Below, piece by piece: positions 46,952-55,932 of a stretch of 64,000 bases of DNA. A model generated the notes under the pieces. The model did no database searches. It worked only from the letters and a program-made list of their open reading frames with translations, and had not been told where the DNA came from. A program made the translations under genes and the position numbers. Each line of letters starts with the position of its first letter. Position 1 is the stretch's first letter. This stretch comes from a virus. Lineage: Duplodnaviria > Caudoviricetes. Where the stretch lies: positions 23,322-87,321 of the IMG/VR virus record IMGVR_UViG_3300031912_000871; one strand, 5' to 3'.

Positions 46952-47431
46952 ATGACGACCCCCGACGCGGTGAGCGACCGCGACCTGGAGACCCAGCCGA
47001 TCCCACTGCCGAGCGCCCCCGCGCCCGCCAGCCCTCCGCAACTGAGCCTCGCCAACGCACTGCGGGACACGACCGCCAACCTCTCCGCGTACATCGAGCA
47101 GCGCGCCCATGAGATCGCCGCGCCCCGGATCGCCAAGATCGAGCAGGAAGCCGCCGCGCGGGTCGCCGCGGCCGAGAGCGAGCGCGATGTCAACGCCCGC
47201 CGGTTCAATGACGTCGAGGTGGAGTTCCGCCGCCAGTACAAGGCCCTGGAGACTCGCCGCGACGAGTTGGCCTGGGCCGCTCGATACCTGCCCGCCGGAC
47301 TGCGGGGCTTCGTCCTCGGCGATGACACGCGGCGACACGTCTACCCGCAGCCCCGAGAGTCGTTCGCCGCCGCCGTCGACCAGGCCGCCGCCGGGCTCGG
47401 CCTCACCCCGTACGCCGAGGAGAGCCAGTGA
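46952..47431 (+). CDS. Coiled-coil hypothetical protein
   Basis: First gene of recombinase operon; TAGGCT hexamer upstream. Confidence 0.65.
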   Translation: MTTPDAVSDRDLETQPIPLPSAPAPASPPQLSLANALRDTTANLSAYIEQRAHEIAAPRIAKIEQEAAARVAAAESERDVNARRFNDVEVEFRRQYKALETRRDELAWAARYLPAGLRGFVLGDDTRRHVYPQPRESFAAAVDQAAAGLGLTPYAEESQ

Positions 47432-47985
47432 CCACGACCGACACGTCCCGCCCTCGCTGGCGAGGCCCGAAGACCCACAAGATCACATGGGTGGTCGACC
47501 GGCCCATCGACGCCCGCCCCGACAGCCCCTGGACGTGCTCCTGCGGCAAGGTCGGCGACGGGACCGACCTGCCCGCCCAGCAGCACCTCGCCACCGCGTC
47601 AGCATCGGCCTTCAAGCGGCTGGAGCACCACCAGGCGTACGCCATCCTGGGCATCAGTGCGTCCGGCGACGACAAGACCGCGATCGAGGTCCTGTTCATG
47701 CACCCGGCCTGGCCCCAACTCCGCCGGTACGTTGCCACCGGGTACGACCACTGGGGCATGCTCACCGCCGAGGTGCGCTGGAACGACGTTGCCGTGGCGC
47801 TCGACGCCGGCGACATCACCGGCGAGGACGAAGACCTGCTCGTGCTCCGGTTCGCCGCCTCCGTCGTCGGCGCCGGTTCGGTGAACGTCGGCCGGCTCTC
47901 CCGAATCACCTTCGACCAGCACCGGAACCGTCGCATCCGCAGCGCGATCGACGCTATCTTCCCGCCAGCGGAGGAGAGCGAGTGA
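47428..47985 (+). CDS. Hypothetical protein with CxC...H motif
   Basis: Overlaps both neighbours; WTCSCG...QQHL. Confidence 0.65.
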   Translation: MTTTDTSRPRWRGPKTHKITWVVDRPIDARPDSPWTCSCGKVGDGTDLPAQQHLATASASAFKRLEHHQAYAILGISASGDDKTAIEVLFMHPAWPQLRRYVATGYDHWGMLTAEVRWNDVAVALDAGDITGEDEDLLVLRFAASVVGAGSVNVGRLSRITFDQHRNRRIRSAIDAIFPPAEESE

Positions 47986-48968
47986 CCGACCTGGCTCGGT
48001 TCACCACCACGGCGGTCGTGGCCGGCGAGCAGGACGCCCTGCGGGACTTCACCGAGCGGTGGCTGACCAACCGGCGGCTGTCCGAGCACACCCGGGCCGC
48101 GTACCGCCGCGACGTCGGCCTCTGGGCCGCCTGGTGCGCGGAGCGCGGACTGAACCCGCTGCAGGCGACGTTCCTCGACGTCAACGCGTGGGGCCGCCAC
48201 CTGGAGCAGCCAGACCCGCGCACCGGGAAGCCCGCCTCCCCCGCCACGGTCGCCCGCCGACTCTCGGCCGTGTCCAGCTGGTACGACTTCCTCGCGAAGC
48301 TCGGCGCGGTGGCCACCAACCCGGCCGCCGTCGCTGATCGGCCCCGCGTCGACCGGGACCACTCCCCCACGATCGGGTTCACCGCTACCGACGCCACCGC
48401 GATGCTCACCGCAGCCGCCCGGGGCGACCGGTGGATCGGCTCAGCCGGCCCGGCGGTCGCCTCCATGCTGGTAGACCTCGGCATCCGGGTGTCCGAACTG
48501 TGCGCCCTCGACGTCGAGCACCTCGGCCACCGCGAAGGCCACCGCACCGTCGACCTGCTCGCCATGAAGGGCGGGAAGCGGCGCACCCGGTCCATGCCGC
48601 CCGCCGTGGCCAAGGTGGTCGACGCGTACCTCGAGTTCCGGGCCGGCCGGGAGCAGATGCCGGTCGAGCAGCTGCACGGGCCGCTGTTCCTCAACGCCAA
48701 GGGCCAGCGGATCGGCCGGCACGAGGTGTACCGGTTCGTGCGCCGGCTGGCCAAGGCCGCGGGCATGGCCGGCTGGGAGAAGATCAGCCCGCACTCGTTC
48801 CGGCACGCCTGGAACACCATCGCCCGGGAGCGGGGCGCTGATCTGGAAGACCGCCAGCACGCCCTCGGTCACGCCGACCCGCGTACGACCCAGCGGTACG
48901 ACCGGAACCGCGGCGCCCTCGACCGCGACCCGTCGTGGCTGGTGGCCGCCGCAACGTCGGGCAGCTGA
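47982..48968 (+). CDS. Xer-type tyrosine recombinase
   Basis: SEHTRAAYRRDV, DLGIRVSE (R), KGGK (K), HSFRH, LGH, TTQRY; no N-terminal arm-binding domain. Confidence 0.92.
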   Translation: MTDLARFTTTAVVAGEQDALRDFTERWLTNRRLSEHTRAAYRRDVGLWAAWCAERGLNPLQATFLDVNAWGRHLEQPDPRTGKPASPATVARRLSAVSSWYDFLAKLGAVATNPAAVADRPRVDRDHSPTIGFTATDATAMLTAAARGDRWIGSAGPAVASMLVDLGIRVSELCALDVEHLGHREGHRTVDLLAMKGGKRRTRSMPPAVAKVVDAYLEFRAGREQMPVEQLHGPLFLNAKGQRIGRHEVYRFVRRLAKAAGMAGWEKISPHSFRHAWNTIARERGADLEDRQHALGHADPRTTQRYDRNRGALDRDPSWLVAAATSGS

Positions 48969-48979
48969 CCGTCGCAGAA

Positions 48980-49011
48980 CGAGCCGGCACCCGGGAACGG
49001 GTGCCGGCTCG
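48980..49011. terminator. Hairpin between convergent genes
   Basis: CGAGCCGGCACCCG-ggaa-CGGGTGCCGGCTCG perfect 14-bp stem. Confidence 0.75.
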
Positions 49012-49016
49012 CGGTG

Positions 49017-49319
49017 TCAGCGGAGGGCTTCAGGCTGGCTGAGGGCCTTCACAGCCTCGGCCAGCGACTGCGCCGACGACTGCTGCTCGGTCAGCGCCCT
49101 GCGGAGCAGCGCCGCCGCCCTGCCGCGCCCAGCAGCGTCAGTGGCATCGGCCAGCTCCCCGATGCTGTTCCCCAGAGCAATCGCTGTGGCCCGGATCAGC
49201 GCGAGCAGCACGTCGGGATGGTCGACTTGAACGTCACCTCGGAGGCACGCGGCCAACTCGAACGCCGACTCGCGCATCTGCATCGCAGGGCCGGCGTACC
49301 CCGGGACCGGTTCTGGCAT
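49017..49319 (-). CDS. Hypothetical protein
   Basis: 100 aa helical ORF at end of early operon. Confidence 0.55.
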   Translation of the reverse strand: MPEPVPGYAGPAMQMRESAFELAACLRGDVQVDHPDVLLALIRATAIALGNSIGELADATDAAGRGRAAALLRRALTEQQSSAQSLAEAVKALSQPEALR

Positions 49320-49363
49320 AGGTCTATCGTGCCAGCGGCCAGCCGCCGGTGCCCGCCCGACGA

Positions 49364-49891
49364 TCAGACGTTGAAGCCACGGCCCTTCAGGTACGCGACC
49401 AAGCGGTCGTACGAGCGTCGGGCCTCGCCCAGGAATCGACGCGCACCGCGCAGCAACTCTCGCTGGAATCGTTCGTCGGCGGGTCGTCCCGTCGAGTCCG
49501 GCATGGAAAGCAGCTGATAGCCGATCAAGCCGGACGCGGCCATAGCTGCTTGTCCGGCCGCCTTCAGTGGCAGCACCTCGGCGCCGTCATCCATCGTGGT
49601 GTCACGCAGCTGGAACGCCATCACGCGGAGCCGCGCGTCCATCAGGCGAGCGGCGCCCAGGCCATCGTTGTCAAGCTGACGGGCGTACCCCTCGGCGAAC
49701 TGCTCGATCTCGTGTACGTCGCTGGCGTGGTCGTGCAGCCCGGCCTCCACGGAGGCGGTCAGCTGTCCGAGCAGAGCAGGCAGGTCGTCCGGGGTGGGAT
49801 CGTCCAGCATGACCGTCGGCGTGCCGAGCGCAGCGAGGGCCTGAAGCACACGGTCGGCCGTGAGGGGGCCGCCGTGGCGAGTCGTCGTCAT
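49364..49891 (-). CDS. Hypothetical protein
   Basis: ATG overlaps upstream stop (ATGA). Confidence 0.65.
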   Translation of the reverse strand: MTTTRHGGPLTADRVLQALAALGTPTVMLDDPTPDDLPALLGQLTASVEAGLHDHASDVHEIEQFAEGYARQLDNDGLGAARLMDARLRVMAFQLRDTTMDDGAEVLPLKAAGQAAMAASGLIGYQLLSMPDSTGRPADERFQRELLRGARRFLGEARRSYDRLVAYLKGRGFNV

Positions 49892-51114
49892 CGGGTTAGT
49901 TCGTCCTTTCGCGGTACGAAGGGTTCGGCGAGCACCGGAACGTCCGGATACAGCCGCTGGTAGGCGGCGCGGTGTTCGGCGACGTGGGCGCGGCCGGCGT
50001 CGGTGAGGCACACCAGCGCGACGTTGGCTGGCAGGTTGAGATGCACGCCAGGACGACGGCCCGTCTGAACGTCGAGGACCTCGACCAAGGCGCCACCCGG
50101 ATACGCCTTCAACCTGTTCACCACGGCCGTCGACCGGGCGGTCTTCTTCACGTGCGGCAGCGTCATCCCCGGCGGGATCGCTGCCACCTCAGCTGGCATC
50201 TCAACGCGCTCTCCCGGCGACACCCACCGGTTGTAGCTGTCGTACTCCTGGATGATCCGCCGCAGTAGTGGGCACCGGCCGCCGGACTCCAGTCCGGCCA
50301 GCTCGGCCAGAACCCGCCAGTCCGGCTCCCGGACCAGGTGCTTCGGCCGGCGCGTCGGCGAGTGATCGGCCAGGCCGGTGTGCGCGCCGTCGACCGGCTC
50401 CGGATCGGCGGCCTTGACGTCGGGGTGCAGTTCCCGGTAACAGGCGTGGTGCAGGTCGTAGTGCCGGCGCCCGGCCGGGGTGATCCGTACCCACCAGTCC
50501 CCGCGACCGCCCGGGTGGAACTCCTCGATGTACGGCCCGTCGCGCTGGTCGTCGCGAAGCTTCTGCAGTGCCCGCCACGTCGGGGTGCGCTCAGACAGCG
50601 GGATTTCGCGCGGTTGCAGACCCATCGTCATGCCGTCCTCGCCAGCCCGGTACAGCTTGGCCAGGGACTCCCACAACCACTCGGAGAGCAGACCGGCCGG
50701 CTTCTTCGCTGGCGCGGCGGCGGCCGGAAGCCCCGCGCGGGCGGCTGCCCGGCCGGGTGTGGTGAGGGTGACGTACACGCACTTCACCACCATGATGCCC
50801 AGGTCCGCCCAGCCGTGCTCGGTCTTGACCAGGCCGCGCCGTCGCAGAGCCGCGAGCGTCGCCCCGGCACCGGAATCGTGCTCGCCGGCGGCCCGGAGAA
50901 CGTCCTGGACGGTGGTGTACCCGAACAGCGTCCGGGGCAGCTCCAGGGAGAACCGCAGCTTCCGCCACTCTGCCGCCGGCGGAACCTCGATCCGGGCGAG
51001 CCGCTTCCCGGCGATCTCCTTCTCCCGCTCCTGGTCGGCGTTGTAGATCGCCGTCAGGTACGTGCGCTGCCGGTCGTTCAGACCCGCCCACGCGGCAGCG
51101 GCTTTACCGGTCAC
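49888..51114 (-). CDS. Protein with three wHTH-like repeats
   Basis: Repeated wing motif: YVTLTTPGRAAA, WVRITPAGRRHY, LVCLTDAGRAHV. Confidence 0.7.
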   Translation of the reverse strand: MTGKAAAAWAGLNDRQRTYLTAIYNADQEREKEIAGKRLARIEVPPAAEWRKLRFSLELPRTLFGYTTVQDVLRAAGEHDSGAGATLAALRRRGLVKTEHGWADLGIMVVKCVYVTLTTPGRAAARAGLPAAAAPAKKPAGLLSEWLWESLAKLYRAGEDGMTMGLQPREIPLSERTPTWRALQKLRDDQRDGPYIEEFHPGGRGDWWVRITPAGRRHYDLHHACYRELHPDVKAADPEPVDGAHTGLADHSPTRRPKHLVREPDWRVLAELAGLESGGRCPLLRRIIQEYDSYNRWVSPGERVEMPAEVAAIPPGMTLPHVKKTARSTAVVNRLKAYPGGALVEVLDVQTGRRPGVHLNLPANVALVCLTDAGRAHVAEHRAAYQRLYPDVPVLAEPFVPRKDELTR

Positions 51115-51413
51115 CGCGCCGGCCGCTTCCTCGCGATCGTGCTTCGATCCCGGACCAGCTGATGGGTGAGGAACCCGTACCCGATCACCAGGGAGGCCGC
51201 CGCGGTGGCCCAGGGCAGCCACAGTGGAGACGGGCCGGGCAGCAGCTGCACGACGGCGCCGGCCGCTGACACGGCGGTGATGGCGGCGACCATGGCCACG
51301 GCGGCCCGGGTCACTCGGCCGCGGCGGCGCAGGTGCACGACCGCGCCGGTGAGGAGGATCCCGGGGGCGAGCCCCATGACCGCGATGGCGAAGCCGAACC
51401 CGTCCATGATCAC
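51111..51413 (-). CDS. Small membrane protein
   Basis: Three hydrophobic helices; overlaps both neighbours. Confidence 0.6.
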   Translation of the reverse strand: MIMDGFGFAIAVMGLAPGILLTGAVVHLRRRGRVTRAAVAMVAAITAVSAAGAVVQLLPGPSPLWLPWATAAASLVIGYGFLTHQLVRDRSTIARKRPAR

Positions 51414-51772
51414 TGCTCGGACTCCCGCCGCGCCGCCTCCGCCAGCTGGGCGTGCGTGGCCTTGATCTGCTGGACCAGCCCGTGCATGGTGGGGTCCACC
51501 GGCGTACCCGTGGTCAACCCGGTCGGGTCGACGCTGGCCGGCGGGTAGGCGAGTCCGCAGCCAGCGCACCCGAGGACCACCGGGTCGGTCTCCTGTGGGC
51601 TGGCGATCCGCCAGGCGCAGAGGACGTCGTGGATGACGCGGGGCACGATCCGGAGCCGGTAGCCATCCACCTCGTCGTGGCGGAGCACGGGCAGGCGCGT
51701 CGTGCCGGCGGCGATCGAGTCGGCCAGGGCGCGCAGTTCAGCGGAGGCGGTCGCGGGGTCGATGGGCTTCAT
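51410..51772 (-). CDS. Hypothetical protein
   Basis: Overlap chain; CAGC motif. Confidence 0.6.
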   Translation of the reverse strand: MKPIDPATASAELRALADSIAAGTTRLPVLRHDEVDGYRLRIVPRVIHDVLCAWRIASPQETDPVVLGCAGCGLAYPPASVDPTGLTTGTPVDPTMHGLVQQIKATHAQLAEAARRESEQ

Positions 51773-52305
51773 CAGTAGTCATCCCCCATGCGCCGCTTGT
51801 AGGCGGCGACGGCGGCGCGGAGCCGTTCACACGTCTCGGCGTGCCCGCTCTCCTGGTCCTCGGGGTGCGGGTCGTACGGGCCGTGGTCCTTGATGCCTTG
51901 GCCGCAGGCACCGCAGTCGTAGTAGACGTTCTGGTCGCTGAAGCTGTAGCCGAGGGCGTACTCGAACGCGGCCACGGCCAGGTCGTAGTCGCCACGCTGC
52001 TCGGGCAGATCCAGCACCTTGCCGATTTCCGCCCAGGTCGCGCCGGCGCCGCGCGCCTTCGTGATGGCGCTGTGAACCTGCTGGTCGGCGCGACCACGCA
52101 GCCAGACGGCCGCCTCCAGCCGGGTCAGCGGCCGGACCGTAGGTTCGGTGGTCTTCGCGCCTACGAAGATCGGCGCGTTGGCGACGTGGGCCGGATCCTC
52201 CAGCATCAAGGCAACCCGGTGCACCGCGTTGTGCGCGGCGCTCATCATCTCGCTCTGCGCATTCTGCCGGCGTTCCTGCGCCGCCGGGTCCTCGTGCTTT
52301 CGCAT
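51772..52305 (-). CDS. HTH-like protein with C-terminal Zn-ribbon
   Basis: ARGAGATWAEIGKVL; CGAC...H..TC. Confidence 0.65.
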   Translation of the reverse strand: MRKHEDPAAQERRQNAQSEMMSAAHNAVHRVALMLEDPAHVANAPIFVGAKTTEPTVRPLTRLEAAVWLRGRADQQVHSAITKARGAGATWAEIGKVLDLPEQRGDYDLAVAAFEYALGYSFSDQNVYYDCGACGQGIKDHGPYDPHPEDQESGHAETCERLRAAVAAYKRRMGDDY

Positions 52306-52379
52306 CGGGGTCTCCTTCTGTTCGCTCTCGGTGAGGATAGGCCGCCGGGCCGACACAGGGTCGGCCCGGCGGGCGCGGG

Positions 52380-52985
52380 TCAGGGTTGTGGGCGGGCGAC
52401 GGCGGCCCACAGGTCGCCTTCTTCGCGGCGGATGATCAGCCGGTGGTTGAGGTACACATCCCAGCCGAAGTTGGTCATCGTGTACTCGCGTCCACGGCCG
52501 TGGTCAACGAGGCCACCCTCGGCGAGGATGCCCTTGTCGCGGAGGGCGTGGATGGTCTGCCGGTAGGCGGCGTCGCCGTGGAAGTGGCCGGTCGATGTGG
52601 TGATCTTGCCGCCGTTGCAGGCGGCCCGCTCGATCTCCTCGGCCTGGTTCTCGGACAGCCGTACGCCTCTCGGCGTGGCTGGCTTCGTGGCCTTGGTGGG
52701 GATGGGCTTGGCGGCGGCTTCGGCCTCGGCGAGCAGGTCGGCGGGCGCGGTCCACGGTTCGCGGCTGTAGAGCACGACAAGTCCGCCGTACCGGTGGCGC
52801 TGTTCGGTGGTCCAGTCAGCGGTCCGGTCCCTGCGTGCCTTGTGGGTGGCGACCTGGGCGTAGTGCCCGCCGCCGGTGGACACGCACGAACCGAACTTGA
52901 CCTTGCATTTGGGGCAGGGCACTGCCTGGTCGGCCATCCAGTAGGCGCGTGATCGCTGGTAGTCGGTCAGCTCGACGGCCGTCAT
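52380..52985 (-). CDS. Zinc-finger plus wHTH protein
   Basis: CPKCKVKFGSC...HKARR; YRQTIHALRDKGIL...YTMTNFG. Confidence 0.7.
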   Translation of the reverse strand: MTAVELTDYQRSRAYWMADQAVPCPKCKVKFGSCVSTGGGHYAQVATHKARRDRTADWTTEQRHRYGGLVVLYSREPWTAPADLLAEAEAAAKPIPTKATKPATPRGVRLSENQAEEIERAACNGGKITTSTGHFHGDAAYRQTIHALRDKGILAEGGLVDHGRGREYTMTNFGWDVYLNHRLIIRREEGDLWAAVARPQP

Positions 52986-53101
52986 CAGGGTCTCCGTCCC
53001 GTGCGGGTCGCTCACCCGCACACCCCAAAGTGTAGCAGAACTATGCCGGTAGGGGGTGCCCGCCGCCGGGCCGACATCGAAGCCGACCCGGCGGCGCGGG
53101 G

Positions 53102-53857
53102 TCAGCGGTCCAGCAGGGTCAGGTTCATGGCCGTAAGCCACTGCTCCAGCAGGGGCACAACGTCTGCGCCGGGCAGCTCGCGGTGCTCGGCCTTCACAGC
53201 GGCCAGTTGCTCGCGGAGAAGCAGGATGGCCTGGCCTTCCCGGGTGGTCGGGTCAGGCGTCCACCGCCGGTCCAAGGGCTGCCGGTCACGGATCGCTGCC
53301 TGCTCGGCGTACGCGGCGTGCTGCTTCGCCAGATCCTTCAGCAGCTCGGCGAGTTTGACGTTCAGCAGGTCGACCTGGTTGGCGTGCATGCGCATCCGTT
53401 CGGGGGCGAGGTGCCACCGGTGGAGCGCGATCAGCTCCTGGTGGTCGTCGCGGCCGAGCCAATGCCGGACCAGCGCGTGGACGATCTGCCCGGTGTAGCG
53501 GCGGGTGCCGTCGGGCACGCTGCGGATGCCGCTGTCCCGCTGGAGGGACAGCCAGCCGTACGGGCTGGCCGGGTTGATGGTGGCCGGGCTGAAGCGGGAC
53601 GCGCCGTACAGCGTGACGCGGTTGACGACGGGCCGGTCGGGCAACTGCTCGTAGCGGACCCAGCGGTGTTCGCCCTCGACGCGGCCGAAGGTTACCTGCA
53701 CCCTGTCGTGGCCGTCGTAGATGTGTGCGTAGGGGTCAGGTTCGATGGTGAACGCGCCGATGCCGTGGACCTGGTAGACGCAGCGGCCGTACTGATCGGG
53801 TGTGGCGGTGAAGGTGATCGACCGGCGGGCGGTCAGCTGGATGGTGGTGCTGTCCAA
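53102..53857 (-). CDS. Hypothetical early protein
   Basis: RBS GGAGACCCC, leader-hairpin variant upstream. Confidence 0.65.
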   Translation of the reverse strand: MDSTTIQLTARRSITFTATPDQYGRCVYQVHGIGAFTIEPDPYAHIYDGHDRVQVTFGRVEGEHRWVRYEQLPDRPVVNRVTLYGASRFSPATINPASPYGWLSLQRDSGIRSVPDGTRRYTGQIVHALVRHWLGRDDHQELIALHRWHLAPERMRMHANQVDLLNVKLAELLKDLAKQHAAYAEQAAIRDRQPLDRRWTPDPTTREGQAILLLREQLAAVKAEHRELPGADVVPLLEQWLTAMNLTLLDR

Positions 53858-53916
53858 GAGGGGTCTCCCGAAGGTGGCCCGGGGGCGGGGTCGCTCTCCC
53901 CGCCCCCGGTGGGTGG

Positions 53917-54315
53917 TCAGCGGTCGGTGGTGCGGGCCTCGGCCAGCGCGCGGCGGGCGTCAGCGCCGCGCACGGCGGCCTTACGCATCATCGTGAGCAG
54001 CCACGCCGCGCCGACGCTCTCGTGCACGATGTAGCCTGCGCCCATCGCGATGCCGGTCTGCACGGCCAGGGGCATCGTGTCGGAGGACAGGAGCACGATG
54101 TCGCCGCAGTGCTCGGCGTTCGGCAGCGCCGAGGTGAGCACGGTGGCAACCATGTCGGAGGCCACGACGACCAGCGGCGCGGACATCCACCCGTCGGCGG
54201 CGGACCCGCTGGTGTCAGCGGTGGCCACGGCCGCGCCGGTGTGCTCGGCGTAGACGGCGAACTCCTGCTTGCGCCGGTCGTCGCCGGTGAGGAGGAGAAC
54301 GTCGGGGAGTTCCAT
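53917..54315 (-). CDS. Stand-alone Ssd (Rv3660c)-like CheY-fold domain
   Basis: VLLLTGD...GWMSAPLVVVASD...IVLL...GIAMGAGYIV...AAWL resembles the N-terminal domain of septum-site-determining protein. Confidence 0.6.
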   Translation of the reverse strand: MELPDVLLLTGDDRRKQEFAVYAEHTGAAVATADTSGSAADGWMSAPLVVVASDMVATVLTSALPNAEHCGDIVLLSSDTMPLAVQTGIAMGAGYIVHESVGAAWLLTMMRKAAVRGADARRALAEARTTDR

Positions 54316-54439
54316 AGGGGTCTCCAATCGATCGGCGGGTCGCTCACCCGCTTACACCCCAAAGTGTAGCACATATTCGCCTATAGATGCAGGTCAGGGG
54401 CCGGGTTACTACCCAGCCCCTGCTGCCCCGCTCCCCCGG

Positions 54440-55243
54440 TCAGGCCGCGTCGCGGATCTGCACCACCCGCTCGTCGGTGAGCCGCGCCAACCGCGCCAGC
54501 TCCGCCGGACCCATGCTCGCCGACAGCTCCCGGATCGCCCCGTCCCGCGCCCGCGTCAGCGCGGCCCGCAGCGCGGCGAGCCTGCGCACCTCACCGGCGC
54601 GCTCCGCCACCAGCTCCGGGTCGGCCTCCGAACGGGGCGCCGACGCCTGGTGCGGGTAGATGTCCCGCACGGCGGCGCCGGCCAGCTGCGCGGCCTGCCG
54701 GTTCGACCAGCCGGCGTGCTTCGTCAACGCCGCGGCGGCACGGTTGCGGGCCTCCACCGCGTCGGCGTACGCCCGGTTCGTGGTCTCCAGCTGACCGGCG
54801 GCGGCCTCCAGGCGCGCGATCGGCACGTCGGGCAGGTCCAGCACCACGTCCGCGTCCGGGCTCGCGGCCACGGCCGGCTCGTTGGCGAGCGCGCGGGCCT
54901 GCTTGTAGAGCGCCCACAGCTCGCGCACGTCGACCTGCGCGATTTTGAACGCCTCCTCGGCGCGTCCGGCGCTCACCCGCCGCGGCGGGGTGACCTTCTC
55001 GATGGCCTCGCGCACCTGGGCGACCTTGTTGGGTCGGCCGTGGATCTCGGTGCACAGCTGGGTCCAGGACCAGCCGTGGTGGAAGTGCAGAGCGGCGGCG
55101 TGCCGGTCGCGGACACCGAGGGCCTTGCGGTGCTCGGCGCGCAGCTCACCGGCGAGGATCCGGCCGGTGATCGCGCGGTCCGGTCCGGCCCGCTCGGCCG
55201 CTTCGGCGAGCCGTGCTCGGTACGTGTGAATGGCGGGGTTCAT
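54440..55243 (-). CDS. Helical protein with repeated HTH-like units
   Basis: GWSWTQLC, GWSNRQAAQLAG, MGPAELARLARLTDERVVQIR. Confidence 0.65.
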   Translation of the reverse strand: MNPAIHTYRARLAEAAERAGPDRAITGRILAGELRAEHRKALGVRDRHAAALHFHHGWSWTQLCTEIHGRPNKVAQVREAIEKVTPPRRVSAGRAEEAFKIAQVDVRELWALYKQARALANEPAVAASPDADVVLDLPDVPIARLEAAAGQLETTNRAYADAVEARNRAAAALTKHAGWSNRQAAQLAGAAVRDIYPHQASAPRSEADPELVAERAGEVRRLAALRAALTRARDGAIRELSASMGPAELARLARLTDERVVQIRDAA

Positions 55244-55351
55244 GGGGGTCTCCAAGTTCGCGGGGCGCCGGGGGTGGCTGTGTTCAGGTGTTGCCAGGTC
55301 AACGGCGGGGCGGGGCGGGGCACATGACCACCCACCCCACCCCTTACCGTA

Positions 55352-55540
55352 TCAGAGGTTAACGGGGGTTCGGTTGGTCGGCGTGCAGTTCGGGCACGAC
55401 CGGCGGGCGGCGCCGACCACCTTGATCTCCGGGATCGTGCTGGCCGGCCGCGACGGCTTCGCGTGCATCCGGGGCGGCCCGTCGGCCAGCTCGGTGAGCA
55501 GCTGCGCGGCTTCGCGTGCAGCAGTCGCGATGGCGTCCAT
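55352..55540 (-). CDS. Small hypothetical protein
   Basis: First gene after early cassette; CPNC. Confidence 0.5.
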   Translation of the reverse strand: MDAIATAAREAAQLLTELADGPPRMHAKPSRPASTIPEIKVVGAARRSCPNCTPTNRTPVNL

Positions 55541-55664
55541 GAGGTCTCCGTTCGTCCGGAACGGGTCGCTCACCCGCTCACACCCCTCAATGTAGCGGTC
55601 ATTAACGCGGGAGGGCAAGCGCGCCGGCCAGATTGCGCCCGCCGCGCCCGCCGCTCCACCGCCG

Positions 55665-55796
55665 CTACCAGAACAGCCTGGTGATGATGTCCACCGCCGT
55701 CACGATGGCCCTGATCAGCGTCAGCATCCAATCCGCGCCGGGACGCTGACGCCTGCCTGGTCGCCGCCGCCGGCTACTTCTATTTGACTTGGCCAT
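55665..55796 (-). CDS. 43-aa basic/hydrophobic peptide
   Basis: Below ORF-track cutoff; AAGGAGG RBS; MAKSNRSSRRRRPGRRQRPGADWMLTLIRAIVTAVDIITRLFW. Confidence 0.6.
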   Translation of the reverse strand: MAKSNRSSRRRRPGRRQRPGADWMLTLIRAIVTAVDIITRLFW

Positions 55797-55932
55797 GAGT
55801 GCCTCCTTGGTGAGTGGGCACGCTTCTCGCGCCTCTTACTCACGTATCGGCACTCACGAAGCCGGAATACAGCATGGGTGACGCATGATCTGCGTCACCC
55901 ATGCCGGGAACGGGCCGGGCCCGCCGGAGCGG

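Noticed and set aside
47982-48968. Recombinase as the prophage integrase with flanking att
   Set aside because: Lacks arm-binding domain, lies mid-element with phage genes on both sides, and has an intact dif-like site nearby.
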